Positions 24,839 to 35,085 of a DNA stretch of 64,000 nucleotides are shown here, piece after piece. This DNA comes from Bacteroidaceae bacterium. GTDB lineage: Bacteria > Bacillota > Clostridia > Oscillospirales > Acutalibacteraceae. Every line of letters starts with the position of its first letter. Within the stretch, counting starts at the first letter, position 1. The notes under the pieces were generated by a model. The model searched no databases, was not told the origin of the DNA, and saw only the letters and a list, made by a program, of their open reading frames with translations. The DNA is taken from NCBI GenBank assembly GCA_963631735.1, contig CAVGRW010000001.1, positions 21,300 through 85,299 on the forward strand. The letters are read 5' to 3'. A program made the position numbers and the translations under genes.

Positions 24839-26140
24839 TCACTTAACTCTTTCAACGCAGGAAATAAAGAATCCGTCACAGCCGTGAATGTGCGGCATGA
24901 GCGTCAGATAATCGGTATCCTCGGCGTATCTTTTAAGCTCGGGCAAAACACGAACGCTCTTAAAACCGTCATGCTCCGCCAAGAACTTATTGATGATATT
25001 CTCATTTTCCTCGGGGTTGAGAGAGCAGGTCGAGTAGACCAATTTTCCGCCGATTTTAAGGTATCGGCTTGAAACACACAGTATAGAATACTGCAAATCC
25101 TTTAATTTGTCAACTTCCTCACTTTTTTTGAACCTTATCTCGGGCTTTTTGCGTATAACGCCGAGACCCGAACAAGGCACGTCACAGAGAATTTTATCCG
25201 CCTCGGGAAGTGAAGAATTGAACCGGGAGCCGTCATTTTGAACGGTATCTATATTTGTTAAACAGAGTCTTTGGGCTCCGTCATTTATAAGCTTTAACCG
25301 CTGAGGGTAAATGTCGCAGGAAACGACCTTGCCCGTGTTGTTCATCATTTCGGAAAGCGTAAATGTCTTTCCTCCCGGTGCGGCGCAAACGTCAATAACC
25401 GTTTCGCCGTCATGTACATCGAGAGCCTTGCAGCAGAGCTGAGACGCCGTGTCCTGAACATGGAACAAGCCGTCGGCATATGCCTTGGTTTTGTGAACGG
25501 CACCGCCGTTTTTAACGGTCAGCGAATTATCGACCGTGCAATTTTTCTCACACTGAAAGCCTTCGGAAGAAAGAATTTCGCAAAGCTCATCGGCATTTGT
25601 CTTTGTCGTATTGACTCTCAATATATTGTCAACAGCACCGAACGAGGCTTCGAGAATTTTCTCGGCATTTTCCTTGCCGTAGCTCTCGCTCCACATTTTG
25701 CAAAGCCATTCGGGAGCGGAATATTTAACGCTCATACTGTCGTCGGTTTTTAAGCCGCTTTTGACAATCTTATGTAGCACAGCGTTGACGAGACCCGAAG
25801 CAAAAGCCGCTCCGTTTTTCTTAACGAGCTTAACGCTCTCGTTAACTGCGGCTGAATCGGGAATTTTGTCCATAAACAAAATCTGATATGCGCCGAGTCG
25901 GAGTGCAGTCAAAACCTGCGGCTTGAGCTTTTTAAGCGGCTGTGAAAGATAAAGCGACAAATTATAATCAAGCGTAATTCGTCTTTCCGTCACGCCGTAA
26001 ACGAGTGCGGAAACAAATCGCTTTTCTTTGGCATCAATTTCCGCTTTATCGAGTGCCGCATCGAGCGCAAGATTTGAATAGCTCTCGTCACGCTGTATTT
26101 TATTGAGAATTTCAAACGCTGTCTGTCGGGCTGATTTCAT
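24839..26140 (-). CDS. rsmB: 16S rRNA m5C967 methyltransferase
   Basis: 433 aa. NusB-like N-domain, the DVCAAPGGKT SAM motif, and the DVPCSG and TCS catalytic cysteines. Confidence 0.9.
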   Translation of the reverse strand: MKSARQTAFEILNKIQRDESYSNLALDAALDKAEIDAKEKRFVSALVYGVTERRITLDYNLSLYLSQPLKKLKPQVLTALRLGAYQILFMDKIPDSAAVNESVKLVKKNGAAFASGLVNAVLHKIVKSGLKTDDSMSVKYSAPEWLCKMWSESYGKENAEKILEASFGAVDNILRVNTTKTNADELCEILSSEGFQCEKNCTVDNSLTVKNGGAVHKTKAYADGLFHVQDTASQLCCKALDVHDGETVIDVCAAPGGKTFTLSEMMNNTGKVVSCDIYPQRLKLINDGAQRLCLTNIDTVQNDGSRFNSSLPEADKILCDVPCSGLGVIRKKPEIRFKKSEEVDKLKDLQYSILCVSSRYLKIGGKLVYSTCSLNPEENENIINKFLAEHDGFKSVRVLPELKRYAEDTDYLTLMPHIHGCDGFFISCVERVK

Positions 26141-26152
26141 ATAAATTTCCTT

Positions 26153-26875
26153 TTAATTTCTTCTTGAATTTCCGAGAAGTCTCGACGCATAATAAAGCAG
26201 ATTGACAATTGCCGTTGCAAGCGCCGCAACATAGGTCAATGCGGCGGCTGTAAGAACGCTTTTTGCCGCTTTGTATTCGTCGCCCGCAAGTATTCCCGTT
26301 TCGTCAATAACTCTCAGCGCACGTCTGCTTGCGTTGAACTCAACGGGCAGAGTTACGAATTGGAAAACCGCAACAAGACCGTACAAAAGAAGTCCTGCGA
26401 TTATAACGTAATATCCGATGGGAGAATTTGAAAGATAAGCGAGGAAATAGCCTGCGAAAGCGATTATAAGACCGAACCTCGAACCGAAATTTGTAACGGG
26501 AACGAGTGCCGATCTGATCTTATTCGGCAGATAATCCTCGGCATGCTGAGCGGCGTGGCCCGCCTCATGACATGCGATACCGACGGCGGCAACAGACGTT
26601 GAATTATACACCTTTTCCGAAAGTCTGATTACCTTTTCATTTGGTGAATAATTGTCCGTCAGGTCGCCTCTGCACGGTTCGATGCGAACGTCCGTGATGC
26701 CATAATGCTTTAAAATCAACTGAGCTGCCGCAGCGCCCGTCAATCCTCTTGAATTTCTGATTTTGGAGTATTTGGAATATGTTGCCTTAACTCTTACCTG
26801 CGCCCAAATCGCAAAAAGCAGTACGGGTGCGGCAAAAATAAGATATCTGATATATTCCGAAAATGAATAGATCAT
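26153..26875 (-). CDS. Membrane zinc metallopeptidase (Zn_peptidase_2-like)
   Basis: 240 aa. Has the HEAGHAAQH motif and flanking TM segments. Confidence 0.8.
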   Translation of the reverse strand: MIYSFSEYIRYLIFAAPVLLFAIWAQVRVKATYSKYSKIRNSRGLTGAAAAQLILKHYGITDVRIEPCRGDLTDNYSPNEKVIRLSEKVYNSTSVAAVGIACHEAGHAAQHAEDYLPNKIRSALVPVTNFGSRFGLIIAFAGYFLAYLSNSPIGYYVIIAGLLLYGLVAVFQFVTLPVEFNASRRALRVIDETGILAGDEYKAAKSVLTAAALTYVAALATAIVNLLYYASRLLGNSRRN

Positions 26876-26884
26876 CTAATCACC

Positions 26885-27811
26885 TCATTCAAATTTTTCT
26901 CCGACCTCAATTTTATGTCCTCTCAAAAAATCGGCACAGCTCATCGCCTTTTTGCCGGGAGCCTGAATCGTTAAGATTTTTACTCCGTTTCCGTCTCCGC
27001 AGGCAACAGTCAAGCCGCCGTCCGTTGAAACGATTTCGCCGGGCTCACCCTTAGTTTTTCCGATTTTCTCGGTCTTATGAAGCTTGTAAATTTCACCGTT
27101 TAAGACAGATGTTGCAACCGGCCAGGGCGAAAGTCCTCTTACCTGATTATGAATTTCATCGGCGGATTTCGTCCAGACAACGGGGCAAAGCTCCTTTGAA
27201 AGCATCGGAGCATAATTTGAAAGCGAGTCATCCTGCTTCTCTCTTTCAAGAGTTCCGTCGAAGATTTTTTTAATTGTTTGCGACATGACCTCGGCACCGA
27301 GCTCAGAAAGCTTATCGTGAAGCTCGCCTGCGGTCATGTTTTCGCCGATTTCCGTTTCTGCTTTAATCAGCATATCGCCCGTATCGAGCCCTGCGTCCAT
27401 CTGCATAGATGTAACGCCGCTCTTTTTCTCGCCGTTGAGCACGCACCACTGAATCGGCGCCGCTCCCCTGTACCTCGGGAGAAGCGAAGCATGAATATTG
27501 ACACAGCCGTATTTCGGCAAATCGAGAATATCCTGCGGAATGATTTTTCCGTAAGCGACAACGATGATAAGCTCAGGTTCAAGCTCCTTTAAAATGCCGT
27601 ATGCCGTGCCGTCCTTCATCTTTGTCGGCTGAAAAACGGGGATATTATACTCCACAGCCTTTTCCTTTACGGGCGGGAACTGCATTTTGTGTCCTCTGCC
27701 CTTCGGCTTATCGGGCTGAGTGAAAACTCCGACAACATCGTGACCGTCGGCAACGAGCCTTTCAAGGCAGGGAACGGCGAATTCGGGCGTTCCCATAAAT
27801 ACAATACGCAT
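26885..27811 (-). CDS. fmt: Methionyl-tRNA formyltransferase
   Basis: MRIVFMGTPEFAV start with AAGGAG upstream. Has HASLLPRYRGAAPIQ. The track ORF start at 27850 would overlap def. Confidence 0.9.
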   Translation of the reverse strand: MRIVFMGTPEFAVPCLERLVADGHDVVGVFTQPDKPKGRGHKMQFPPVKEKAVEYNIPVFQPTKMKDGTAYGILKELEPELIIVVAYGKIIPQDILDLPKYGCVNIHASLLPRYRGAAPIQWCVLNGEKKSGVTSMQMDAGLDTGDMLIKAETEIGENMTAGELHDKLSELGAEVMSQTIKKIFDGTLEREKQDDSLSNYAPMLSKELCPVVWTKSADEIHNQVRGLSPWPVATSVLNGEIYKLHKTEKIGKTKGEPGEIVSTDGGLTVACGDGNGVKILTIQAPGKKAMSCADFLRGHKIEVGEKFE

Positions 27812-27830
27812 TTGCGACAGCTCCTTTTTA

Positions 27831-28289
27831 TCAGTTGTCCTCAAGCTCACCTACGAGGTGGCTCGTATAGAGAATTCCGTCAAGGTGGTCGATCTCATGG
27901 CAGAAGCATCTCGCCTTGAGATCTGAGCCCTTATAAACACACCACTTGCCCTCACGGTTCTGCGCCTTGACCATAACGCTCTTTGGACGCTCGGTTACAC
28001 CGAACTTTCCGGGAAGAGAGAGACAGCCCTCCTCCTCGTGCTGCAATTCGGGCGATCTGTCCGTGATTTCGGGATTGATTAGCTCAAGATAGCCGTCGCC
28101 GCAGTCCATTACGACAACACGGCGGAGAATTCCGACCTGAACAGCCGCAAGACCTGCGCCCTTTTCTTTATAAAGAGTATCCTTCATGTCGTCAAGCAAG
28201 GTAAAAAGCCTGTCGTCGAATTTCTCGACAGGGCGGCTCTTTTTGTTGAGAATAGGATCTCCGAATTTTACAATATTTCTGATTGCCAT
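27831..28289 (-). CDS. def: Peptide deformylase
   Basis: Has GAGLAAVQVG, EGCLS and HEIDHLDG motifs. The ATG at 28289 is preferred over the TTG at 28310. Confidence 0.9.
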   Translation of the reverse strand: MAIRNIVKFGDPILNKKSRPVEKFDDRLFTLLDDMKDTLYKEKGAGLAAVQVGILRRVVVMDCGDGYLELINPEITDRSPELQHEEEGCLSLPGKFGVTERPKSVMVKAQNREGKWCVYKGSDLKARCFCHEIDHLDGILYTSHLVGELEDN

Positions 28290-28313
28290 TTCAATAATCG
28301 AACCTTTCAAATT

Positions 28314-30761
28314 CTAAAGTATATTTTCGGGATTTATATCTATATAAACGGATACGTCATTGTAAGCCCTATCCGTGCCCGTGTATTTCAACAGCTCGTT
28401 CATCAGGGTTCTGAAACGCTTTGTATTCTTGCATTTCAATATCAATCTGTATCTGAATTTATTGCTTATTTTGGAAACTCTCGCCGTCATCGGACCGAGA
28501 GCTATGATTTTTAAATCGTTATATTCATTTCCGAGCTTTTCTTTAAATCTGTCGGTAAATTTCTGCGAAGCGACCCTGACCTTGGGCTCGTTTTCGCCGA
28601 CAAAACCGACAAGACAAATATCGCAATAGGGCGGATAAATGAGCATTTTTCGAGTTTTCAGCTCGTCTTTAAAGAAAGCGTCGTAATCCTGCCTCGCGGC
28701 AATTTGAATAACGTCGTTTTCGGGATTGCAGGTCTGAATGACCGCCGTTCCCTCATATTGACCTCTGCCCGCCCTGCCGACAACCTGAGTCAGCAGATCA
28801 AAGGTTCGCTCCTGACTTCTGAAATCGTCGTTGTTGAGCTGCTGATCGGCATTGATAACGCCGACAAGCGTAACGTTTTCAAAGTCAAGACCTTTTGCGA
28901 CCATCTGCGTGCCGAGCAGGATATCATATTTGCCGTCGGCAAAATCCTTCAGCTTATTTTCGTGAGAATAGCGCCCCATTGTGCTGTCGGCGTCCATTCT
29001 GAGAATTCGTGCTTCGGGGAATAATGTCACAAGCTCATCCTCAATCTTCTGCGTTCCCGTGCCCGAATATCTGACATCGTGCGAGCCGCACTCGGGACAA
29101 ACATCGGTAAACGGCTCGGAATAACCGCAGTAATGGCACATGAGCCTGCCGTTAGCGTGGTGATAGGTCATTGAAATACTGCATGACGGGCAGGTCAGAA
29201 CATGACCGCACGCCCTACATTCCGCAAAGGTGTTGTAGCCTCTGCGATTGATAAGTAAAATAGACTGCTTGCCGTTTTCAAGGTTATATTGCAGTCTCGC
29301 TCTCAGCTCCTCGCTGAAATTCGAGGATTGCGACAACGCTTCCGTCAGCATATCGACGATACGCACCTCGGGAAGAACCGAGCTTGAATAGCGTTTTGTA
29401 AGTCTGCTGATCGTGTATTGCCCTGCCTGCGCCTTTGCATATGTTTCAATGCTCGGCGTTGCGCTGGAGAATACAAGTAACGCCTTATGATAAGCACAGC
29501 GAAAACGTGCAACGTCCTTTGCGCTGTATCTCGGCGTTTGTTCGGATTTGTATGTATGCTCCTGCTCCTCGTCAATGATTATCAAGCCGAGGTTTTCAAG
29601 CGGAGCAAACACGGCACTTCTCGTACCGACAACAATCCTGACATTTTCATTTCTGACTCTTTTCCACTCGTCAAGCCGCTGACCTGCCGAGAGTGCACTG
29701 TGAAAAACGGCAACATCTCTGCCGTAACGGCTCATAAATAAATTTAAGGTTTGCGGTGTAAGTGCAATTTCGGGCACCATGACAATAACGTTTTTGCCCT
29801 TATCGAGCATTTCGTCTATAAGCCTCAGATACACCATCGTCTTGCCGCTGCCTGTAACTCCGTAAAGAAGCGCAGCTCCGCCCTCGCCCGAGGAATATTG
29901 CCCGAGCATATTTTCAAAGGCTTTTTGCTGTTCTTCGTTAAGAATGATTTCATTCCTTTGCGGAGTAACCGTCTTGTTTTCATAAGGATCGCGGTAAATC
30001 TCGTTGTCAAAAATTTCAACAAAACCCTTTTTTTCGAGAGCCTGTACGACCGAAGCGGTAAAGCCTGTGAAATAACAAAGCTCCTTGACCGAAACAGTGC
30101 CGATATCGCTGAGAACATCGAGTACGTCAAGCTGTTTCTTAGTCAGCTTCTCCGTCGTTTCAAGGATTTCCCTGCCGCCCTCCGTCAGTCTGACGGTCTT
30201 AACGGTCAGGTCGCCCGTTTTTCTCACGGAATCATAATTTCTGATAAGCAGACCCCTTTTTACCATGCTTTCAAGACGTGAAATTTCGGGCGCAAAACCA
30301 AGCTTTTTGAGAAGCCTTTCACCCTCGACATAGCCCTTTTGAGAAAGAAGGAAGCCGTAAATCTGCTTCTCATCCGCCGAACAGTCGCTTAAATCGACAT
30401 TCGGAACGGCAGTATAGGTCGTAACGGTTCTGTGGCACATACCCGACGGCAAAACAGCCTTCGCAGCCTCAAAATAGGTGCAAAAGGTCCTTTCCTTCAG
30501 CCATTCTACAAGCTTCAGCATCTCATCATTGAGCACGGGAGCTTCGTCGATAACCTGAGAAATCCGCTTTAATTTTTCTTCACCGTTATAATCCGTAACA
30601 GCGAGAACAACGCCCTGACGGCACTTGTTTCCCCTGCCGAAGGGCACGAGAACACGGCAGCCGGGAGAACATTCTTCGTCGCCGAGGAGGTAGGAAAAAG
30701 GCTTGTCAAAGGAAAACGCAGAGTTTTCCACGGCAACAGCCGCAACTTTTTCGACAGTCAT
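28314..30761 (-). CDS. priA: Primosomal replication restart helicase PriA
   Basis: 815 aa. Walker A GVTGSGKT, DEEQ, and a zinc-binding CxxC cluster (CRACGHVLTCPSC...CHYCG...CPECG). Confidence 0.9.
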   Translation of the reverse strand: MTVEKVAAVAVENSAFSFDKPFSYLLGDEECSPGCRVLVPFGRGNKCRQGVVLAVTDYNGEEKLKRISQVIDEAPVLNDEMLKLVEWLKERTFCTYFEAAKAVLPSGMCHRTVTTYTAVPNVDLSDCSADEKQIYGFLLSQKGYVEGERLLKKLGFAPEISRLESMVKRGLLIRNYDSVRKTGDLTVKTVRLTEGGREILETTEKLTKKQLDVLDVLSDIGTVSVKELCYFTGFTASVVQALEKKGFVEIFDNEIYRDPYENKTVTPQRNEIILNEEQQKAFENMLGQYSSGEGGAALLYGVTGSGKTMVYLRLIDEMLDKGKNVIVMVPEIALTPQTLNLFMSRYGRDVAVFHSALSAGQRLDEWKRVRNENVRIVVGTRSAVFAPLENLGLIIIDEEQEHTYKSEQTPRYSAKDVARFRCAYHKALLVFSSATPSIETYAKAQAGQYTISRLTKRYSSSVLPEVRIVDMLTEALSQSSNFSEELRARLQYNLENGKQSILLINRRGYNTFAECRACGHVLTCPSCSISMTYHHANGRLMCHYCGYSEPFTDVCPECGSHDVRYSGTGTQKIEDELVTLFPEARILRMDADSTMGRYSHENKLKDFADGKYDILLGTQMVAKGLDFENVTLVGVINADQQLNNDDFRSQERTFDLLTQVVGRAGRGQYEGTAVIQTCNPENDVIQIAARQDYDAFFKDELKTRKMLIYPPYCDICLVGFVGENEPKVRVASQKFTDRFKEKLGNEYNDLKIIALGPMTARVSKISNKFRYRLILKCKNTKRFRTLMNELLKYTGTDRAYNDVSVYIDINPENIL

Positions 30762-30796
30762 TTTGTACCTCCGTAATTATTTAAGAATTAACGATA

Positions 30797-31030
30797 TTAA
30801 AGATCCTTGATCTCGTCGGGCTCAACAATTTCGTACTTGTTGTTGAGAATTTCGTCAAGTGCGATGCTTACAGGCTTCTCAACAAGAATGATTCCGTCCT
30901 CTTCGGCTTCCTCGGAAATCTCTCTTGCACGCTTTGCCGTTGCTCTTACGAGCGAATAGCGGCTGATGTGATTTGAAAGCACTGAGCTTAAATCCGGATT
31001 GAATTTGAAATTTTTGTTCTGATCAAACAT
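30797..31030 (-). CDS. rpoZ: RNA polymerase omega subunit
   Basis: RYSLVRATAKRAREI is the core omega motif. The ATG at 31030 has GAGGT 8 nt upstream. The track start at 31045 is GTG. Confidence 0.8.
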   Translation of the reverse strand: MFDQNKNFKFNPDLSSVLSNHISRYSLVRATAKRAREISEEAEEDGIILVEKPVSIALDEILNNKYEIVEPDEIKDL

Positions 31031-31637
31031 TTTTACATACCTCACTAAATAAATTATTACATCTGCTTACTCTGTGTGTTTCGGCAGTGATAATCGTTTT
31101 TATATCGTCAACGGCGTCCTGAAGATCGTCGTTGATAACAACATAGTCATATTCGTTGCGGCAGCGTTCAATTTCTCTGATTGCTATTTTCAGGCGGCGG
31201 AGAACATCGTCCTCCTCTTCGCTGCCACGGTTGCGAAGCCGGCTTTCAAGAATTTCCATGCTCGGCGGCATTATAAATATGCTGACGGCATCGGGATACA
31301 TTTTTTTAATGTTGCCTGCACCCTGCACGTCAATTTTGAGAATTACAACATGTCCGTCATCAAGCCATTTATCGACAGGTCCTTTCGGTGTGCCGTAGTA
31401 GTTGATGCCGTAACGTGCATATTCAAGCAGATCACCGTTTTCAACCGCATCAAGAAAATCCTCTTCACTGACAAACATATAATCTATTCCGTCAACTTCG
31501 CCTTCTCTCGGCTTTCTCGTTGTCATTGAAACCGATTTTGTAATATCAATATCCGATTTAAAAAGCTCGGCAATGACCGTATCTTTTCCGGAGCCTGCCG
31601 GACCCGAAAGAATAACCAGCATACCGTTATTCCTCAT
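31023..31637 (-). CDS. gmk: Guanylate kinase
   Basis: [12 protein letters not shown]-loop and the TTRKPREGE motif. The start is ambiguous between ATG 31637 and ATG 31622. The track ORF extends to 31685, inside remA. Confidence 0.9.
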   Translation of the reverse strand: MRNNGMLVILSGPAGSGKDTVIAELFKSDIDITKSVSMTTRKPREGEVDGIDYMFVSEEDFLDAVENGDLLEYARYGINYYGTPKGPVDKWLDDGHVVILKIDVQGAGNIKKMYPDAVSIFIMPPSMEILESRLRNRGSEEEDDVLRRLKIAIREIERCRNEYDYVVINDDLQDAVDDIKTIITAETHRVSRCNNLFSEVCKNV

Positions 31638-31896
31638 CGTCCTCATCCTCCTCATAATCCTTGTCCTCATCGAGTCTGTTGGCAACCGTTTCCGCCTGAA
31701 GATAGGTCAGAATAACCTGGTCGCAGTCGGTAATTATAACCGCTCTCGTCCTTCTGCCATGGGTTGCGTCGATAAGTGTACCCTTCTCCTTGCAGTCCTG
31801 AACTATACGCTTGATCGGAGCCGATTCGGGGCTTACGATAGCAATAATTCTGTCCGCATTAACCATATTGCCGAAGCCGATATTTATAAGCTTCAT
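31627..31896 (-). CDS. remA: RemA/YlzA (DUF370) regulator
   Basis: [30 protein letters not shown] is the near-invariant RemA N-terminus. The protein has an acidic tail. Confidence 0.85.
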   Translation of the reverse strand: MKLINIGFGNMVNADRIIAIVSPESAPIKRIVQDCKEKGTLIDATHGRRTRAVIITDCDQVILTYLQAETVANRLDEDKDYEEDEDDEE

Positions 31897-31908
31897 ATTT
31901 TCACCCCG

Positions 31909-32787
31909 TTATTCGATATTCTGAACCTGCTCACGGATTTTTTCAACCTCCGACTTGATTTCAAGAACACGTCTTGCAATCTCAACGTCGTTTGCCTTGG
32001 AACCGATGGTGTTAGCCTCACGGTTGATTTCTTGAACAAGGAAGTCCATCTTTCTGCCGATAGCCTCGGTCGAATTGAAGAAGTCCTTGAGCTGAGAAAT
32101 GTGGCTTCTCAGGCGCACGGTCTCCTCGGCAACGGCAATCTTGTCCGCATATATTGCCGCCTCGGTAAGAAGTCTCGCTTCTTCAACATGGATATCGCCG
32201 AGAAGCTCCTGCATTCTCGCAAGCAGCTTTTCGTTATATTCCTTAACGGTCTCGGGTGAACGCTCCTCAACGAATTCAACATATGAAAGAATAAGGTCGG
32301 CTCTCGAAACAATGTCGTCACGGAGCTTTTCGCCCTCGATCTCACGCATGTTGATGAATTTCTCGACAGCCTTTTCGGCTACGGTTTTAACCGCATTCCA
32401 AATCCTGTCCTCATCGGCTTCCGTCTTGCGGATAACAAGAACATCGCTCATTCTCGCAAGAAGTCCTGCATTGAGATTATTCTCGATTCCGTAGGTCTCG
32501 GAAAGCTCATTGAAAGCCTTCACATAGCCGTCGGCAAGGGATTTATTGACCTCGACAACAACTGTGTCGTCCTCAAGGTTGTCCACCTGAACGTAACACT
32601 CGATCTTGCCTCTCGAAACCTTGGACTGAACAAAGGATTTGAGCTTCTCATCAAGAAATCCGTAATTTCTCGGAACTCTTGACGAAAAATCAAAATATCT
32701 GTGATTTACGCTTTTGATTTCAACGGTGACATTCATTCCGTCAACCGTTTCCTGACATCGGCCGTAGCCGGTCATGCTTTTAACCAT
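31909..32787 (-). CDS. yicC: YicC-family stress-induced protein
   Basis: The MVKSMTGYGR start at 32787 is typical of YicC. The C-terminus has EINREANTIGSK. The track ORF start at 32859 overlaps the upstream gene. Confidence 0.85.
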   Translation of the reverse strand: MVKSMTGYGRCQETVDGMNVTVEIKSVNHRYFDFSSRVPRNYGFLDEKLKSFVQSKVSRGKIECYVQVDNLEDDTVVVEVNKSLADGYVKAFNELSETYGIENNLNAGLLARMSDVLVIRKTEADEDRIWNAVKTVAEKAVEKFINMREIEGEKLRDDIVSRADLILSYVEFVEERSPETVKEYNEKLLARMQELLGDIHVEEARLLTEAAIYADKIAVAEETVRLRSHISQLKDFFNSTEAIGRKMDFLVQEINREANTIGSKANDVEIARRVLEIKSEVEKIREQVQNIE

Positions 32788-32806
32788 ACTAAACCAACTT
32801 CCCGAA

Positions 32807-33175
32807 TTATTTTTTCTTGCAGCAGCTTCCTGCAAGCAGCTCGGGGATCTCCCCTTCAAGTATATTATCTTTGTTTTCTATGAAGCCGAGCGTTTTCGCA
32901 ACGTTGACGCCGCTTGCGGCTTTGTAATATGCGATATAAACTCCTCGGTTTGCGCCGAAGTTTAGTGAGCTTCTGATAAAGCCCTCGACCGTTTCATCGT
33001 CGCTCTCGGTCACAACGTCAATAATCTCCATTGTGTAGCCGTTGAGCCTGAAAACGGAAAATCCGCACTCTGCGCCGCCGTTTGCCATGTCAAATCCCAA
33101 ATAGCCGTTTACCGTTTTATCATTGCAGAACGGCTCAGGGAGCTTATCGCTCGCAACAGGTGAAAATTTAATCAT
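32807..33175 (-). CDS. Hypothetical 122-aa protein ending in GSCCKKK
   Basis: The ATG has a GAGGTG SD that overlaps the rluB stop. I recognise no family. It may have an acetyltransferase-like fold, but that is only a guess. Confidence 0.55.
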   Translation of the reverse strand: MIKFSPVASDKLPEPFCNDKTVNGYLGFDMANGGAECGFSVFRLNGYTMEIIDVVTESDDETVEGFIRSSLNFGANRGVYIAYYKAASGVNVAKTLGFIENKDNILEGEIPELLAGSCCKKK

Positions 33176-33184
33176 ATAATCACC

Positions 33185-33928
33185 TCAGAATTTATTAACC
33201 TTCATGCCAGATGAGACCATGAGCTTGTGGACCTCATCCTCTTTAAGCTCACGCCACTTTCCCGGAGGAAGCATGCCGAGCTTCAAGGAGCCCATCGAGG
33301 TTCTCTTGAGCCTTGCGACCTCAAGTCCGAGTGATTCGCACATTTTTCTTATCTGACGGTTCCTGCCCTCGTAAAGAACAATTTCCATTACAACTCTGTT
33401 ATCCTGCTTTTCAATAACATGAGCGTCCGCAGGGGCGGTAATTCTGCCGTCTATCTCCATGCCTGTGGCAAAAGCCGTAAGCATGTCCTCCGTCACGTCG
33501 GGACGAACCGTAACACGGTAGGTCTTGGGAATGTGCTTCGACGGATGCGTCATGTGATTTGCAAATTCACCGTCGTTCGTCATGAGCAGAAGTCCCTCGG
33601 AGTCCTTATCGAGTCTGCCGACGGGATAAACCCTTGCGCCTACGTCACGGACAAGCTCCGCAACGCATTTTCTGCCCATTTCATCGTCCATGGTGGTTAT
33701 ATAACCTCTCGGCTTATGAAGCATGATATAATAATGCTTTTTATTGCCGACGATTTTTCTGCCGCTGACGGTAACGGTGTCGTGCTTCGGGCTTACCTTA
33801 TCGCCGATTTGAGCAACCTTACCGTTGACCTTTACCTTACCCTGAGCGATAAGCTCCTCCGCCTTACGGCGTGAAGCGACCGCACACATGGAAAGGTATT
33901 TTTGAAGCCTGATTCTATCATCAGTCAT
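33185..33928 (-). CDS. rluB: Pseudouridine synthase, RsuA/RluB family
   Basis: 247 aa. N-terminal S4 domain (RLQKYLS..GVASRR) and the catalytic RLDKDSEGLLLMTNDG motif. Confidence 0.85.
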   Translation of the reverse strand: MTDDRIRLQKYLSMCAVASRRKAEELIAQGKVKVNGKVAQIGDKVSPKHDTVTVSGRKIVGNKKHYYIMLHKPRGYITTMDDEMGRKCVAELVRDVGARVYPVGRLDKDSEGLLLMTNDGEFANHMTHPSKHIPKTYRVTVRPDVTEDMLTAFATGMEIDGRITAPADAHVIEKQDNRVVMEIVLYEGRNRQIRKMCESLGLEVARLKRTSMGSLKLGMLPPGKWRELKEDEVHKLMVSSGMKVNKF

Positions 33929-35043
33929 TTTAAAAATCTCTCCTTAATTCTTTGAAAGAAGCTTTTTTCTTCATGTTTTTGTTCCGAAACGCAAATATCA
34001 TCTGCCGCACAAATATCCGTTGAACCGATATATTTTCCGTCAAGGTATAATTTGACCTCGCCGAGCCTGTCGCCTTTTTTGATCGGAGCGTATGCGAATT
34101 TGTCGATAACGACCTTTTGAACCAAATTTCTTTGTTCCAAACTGTCATATTCAAACTGCTCACAGCAAAGCTTTGAGTTTTCAACATTTCCACCGACGAC
34201 GGGTACCGTTCCCGGAATTGTCGGTTTAAAGACATGCCTTTTAAGCTTTGAAAAACCGTAATCAAGCATAAGCTTGTGGTCATTCCAATCGTTCGGCGCA
34301 TTGAGCGTCACGGCAACCAAGCCCGTTCCATCCTTTTCGGCATAGGAAACGAGACAGCGGCCGCTCTTTTTTGTAAAACCCGTCTTAATTCCGAGCGCAT
34401 ATTTATAGCTCTCCAAAAGTCGGTTGTGATTATAAAGAGTTCGCTTGTACGGCGGGTTTCCGTAGCTCAGGGTCGCTTTTTTCGACGAGCAAACCGACCT
34501 GAAAACGGGGTCATTGACCGCATATCTGCCCAAAAGAGCCATGTCATAGGCGGTCGAATAATGGTTTTCGTCGTCAAGACCCGACGGTGTGACAAAGCTT
34601 GTGTTCTCCATGCCGATCTCTTTTGCTTTTGCGTTCATTTTCTTTACGAAATTTTCAACATTTCCACCGAGATAATACGCCGTAACATTGGCGGCGTCAT
34701 TTCCCGACGGCAAAAGCATGCCGTAAATCAGCTCGTATAAGGACACGCTGTCACCGGGAAGAAGCCCCATCGAGGTTCCCTCCACCTGAATCATTTCTTT
34801 AGAAACAGTGATTTCATCATGCAGCTTGCCCGATTGCGCCGCGAGAAGTGAGGTCATAATCTTCGTTGTGCTCGCCATAGAATGATGCTCATAGGCATTT
34901 TTCTGAAAAATAACCTCGCCCGTCTGCTGAGAAATCAGCACGGCACATTCGGCTGATACATCCGAACTTTCAAGCGCAGAAGCACTAACCGTCATTATAC
35001 AAAAAACAGTCAAAAAAAGTATTATTTTTTTAAGCAAACCCAT
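33925..35043 (-). CDS. D-alanyl-D-alanine carboxypeptidase (S11 PBP), DacB/DacF-like
   Basis: Has SMASTTK (SxxK), PSGND (SxN) and KTGFT (KTG). The signal peptide runs from the ATG at 35043. The track start at 35082 is TTG. Confidence 0.85.
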   Translation of the reverse strand: MGLLKKIILFLTVFCIMTVSASALESSDVSAECAVLISQQTGEVIFQKNAYEHHSMASTTKIMTSLLAAQSGKLHDEITVSKEMIQVEGTSMGLLPGDSVSLYELIYGMLLPSGNDAANVTAYYLGGNVENFVKKMNAKAKEIGMENTSFVTPSGLDDENHYSTAYDMALLGRYAVNDPVFRSVCSSKKATLSYGNPPYKRTLYNHNRLLESYKYALGIKTGFTKKSGRCLVSYAEKDGTGLVAVTLNAPNDWNDHKLMLDYGFSKLKRHVFKPTIPGTVPVVGGNVENSKLCCEQFEYDSLEQRNLVQKVVIDKFAYAPIKKGDRLGEVKLYLDGKYIGSTDICAADDICVSEQKHEEKSFFQRIKERFLK

Positions 35044-35085
35044 CACCTGCCATATAAAAGCTATATGCGCAGATCGGGTCAAATA

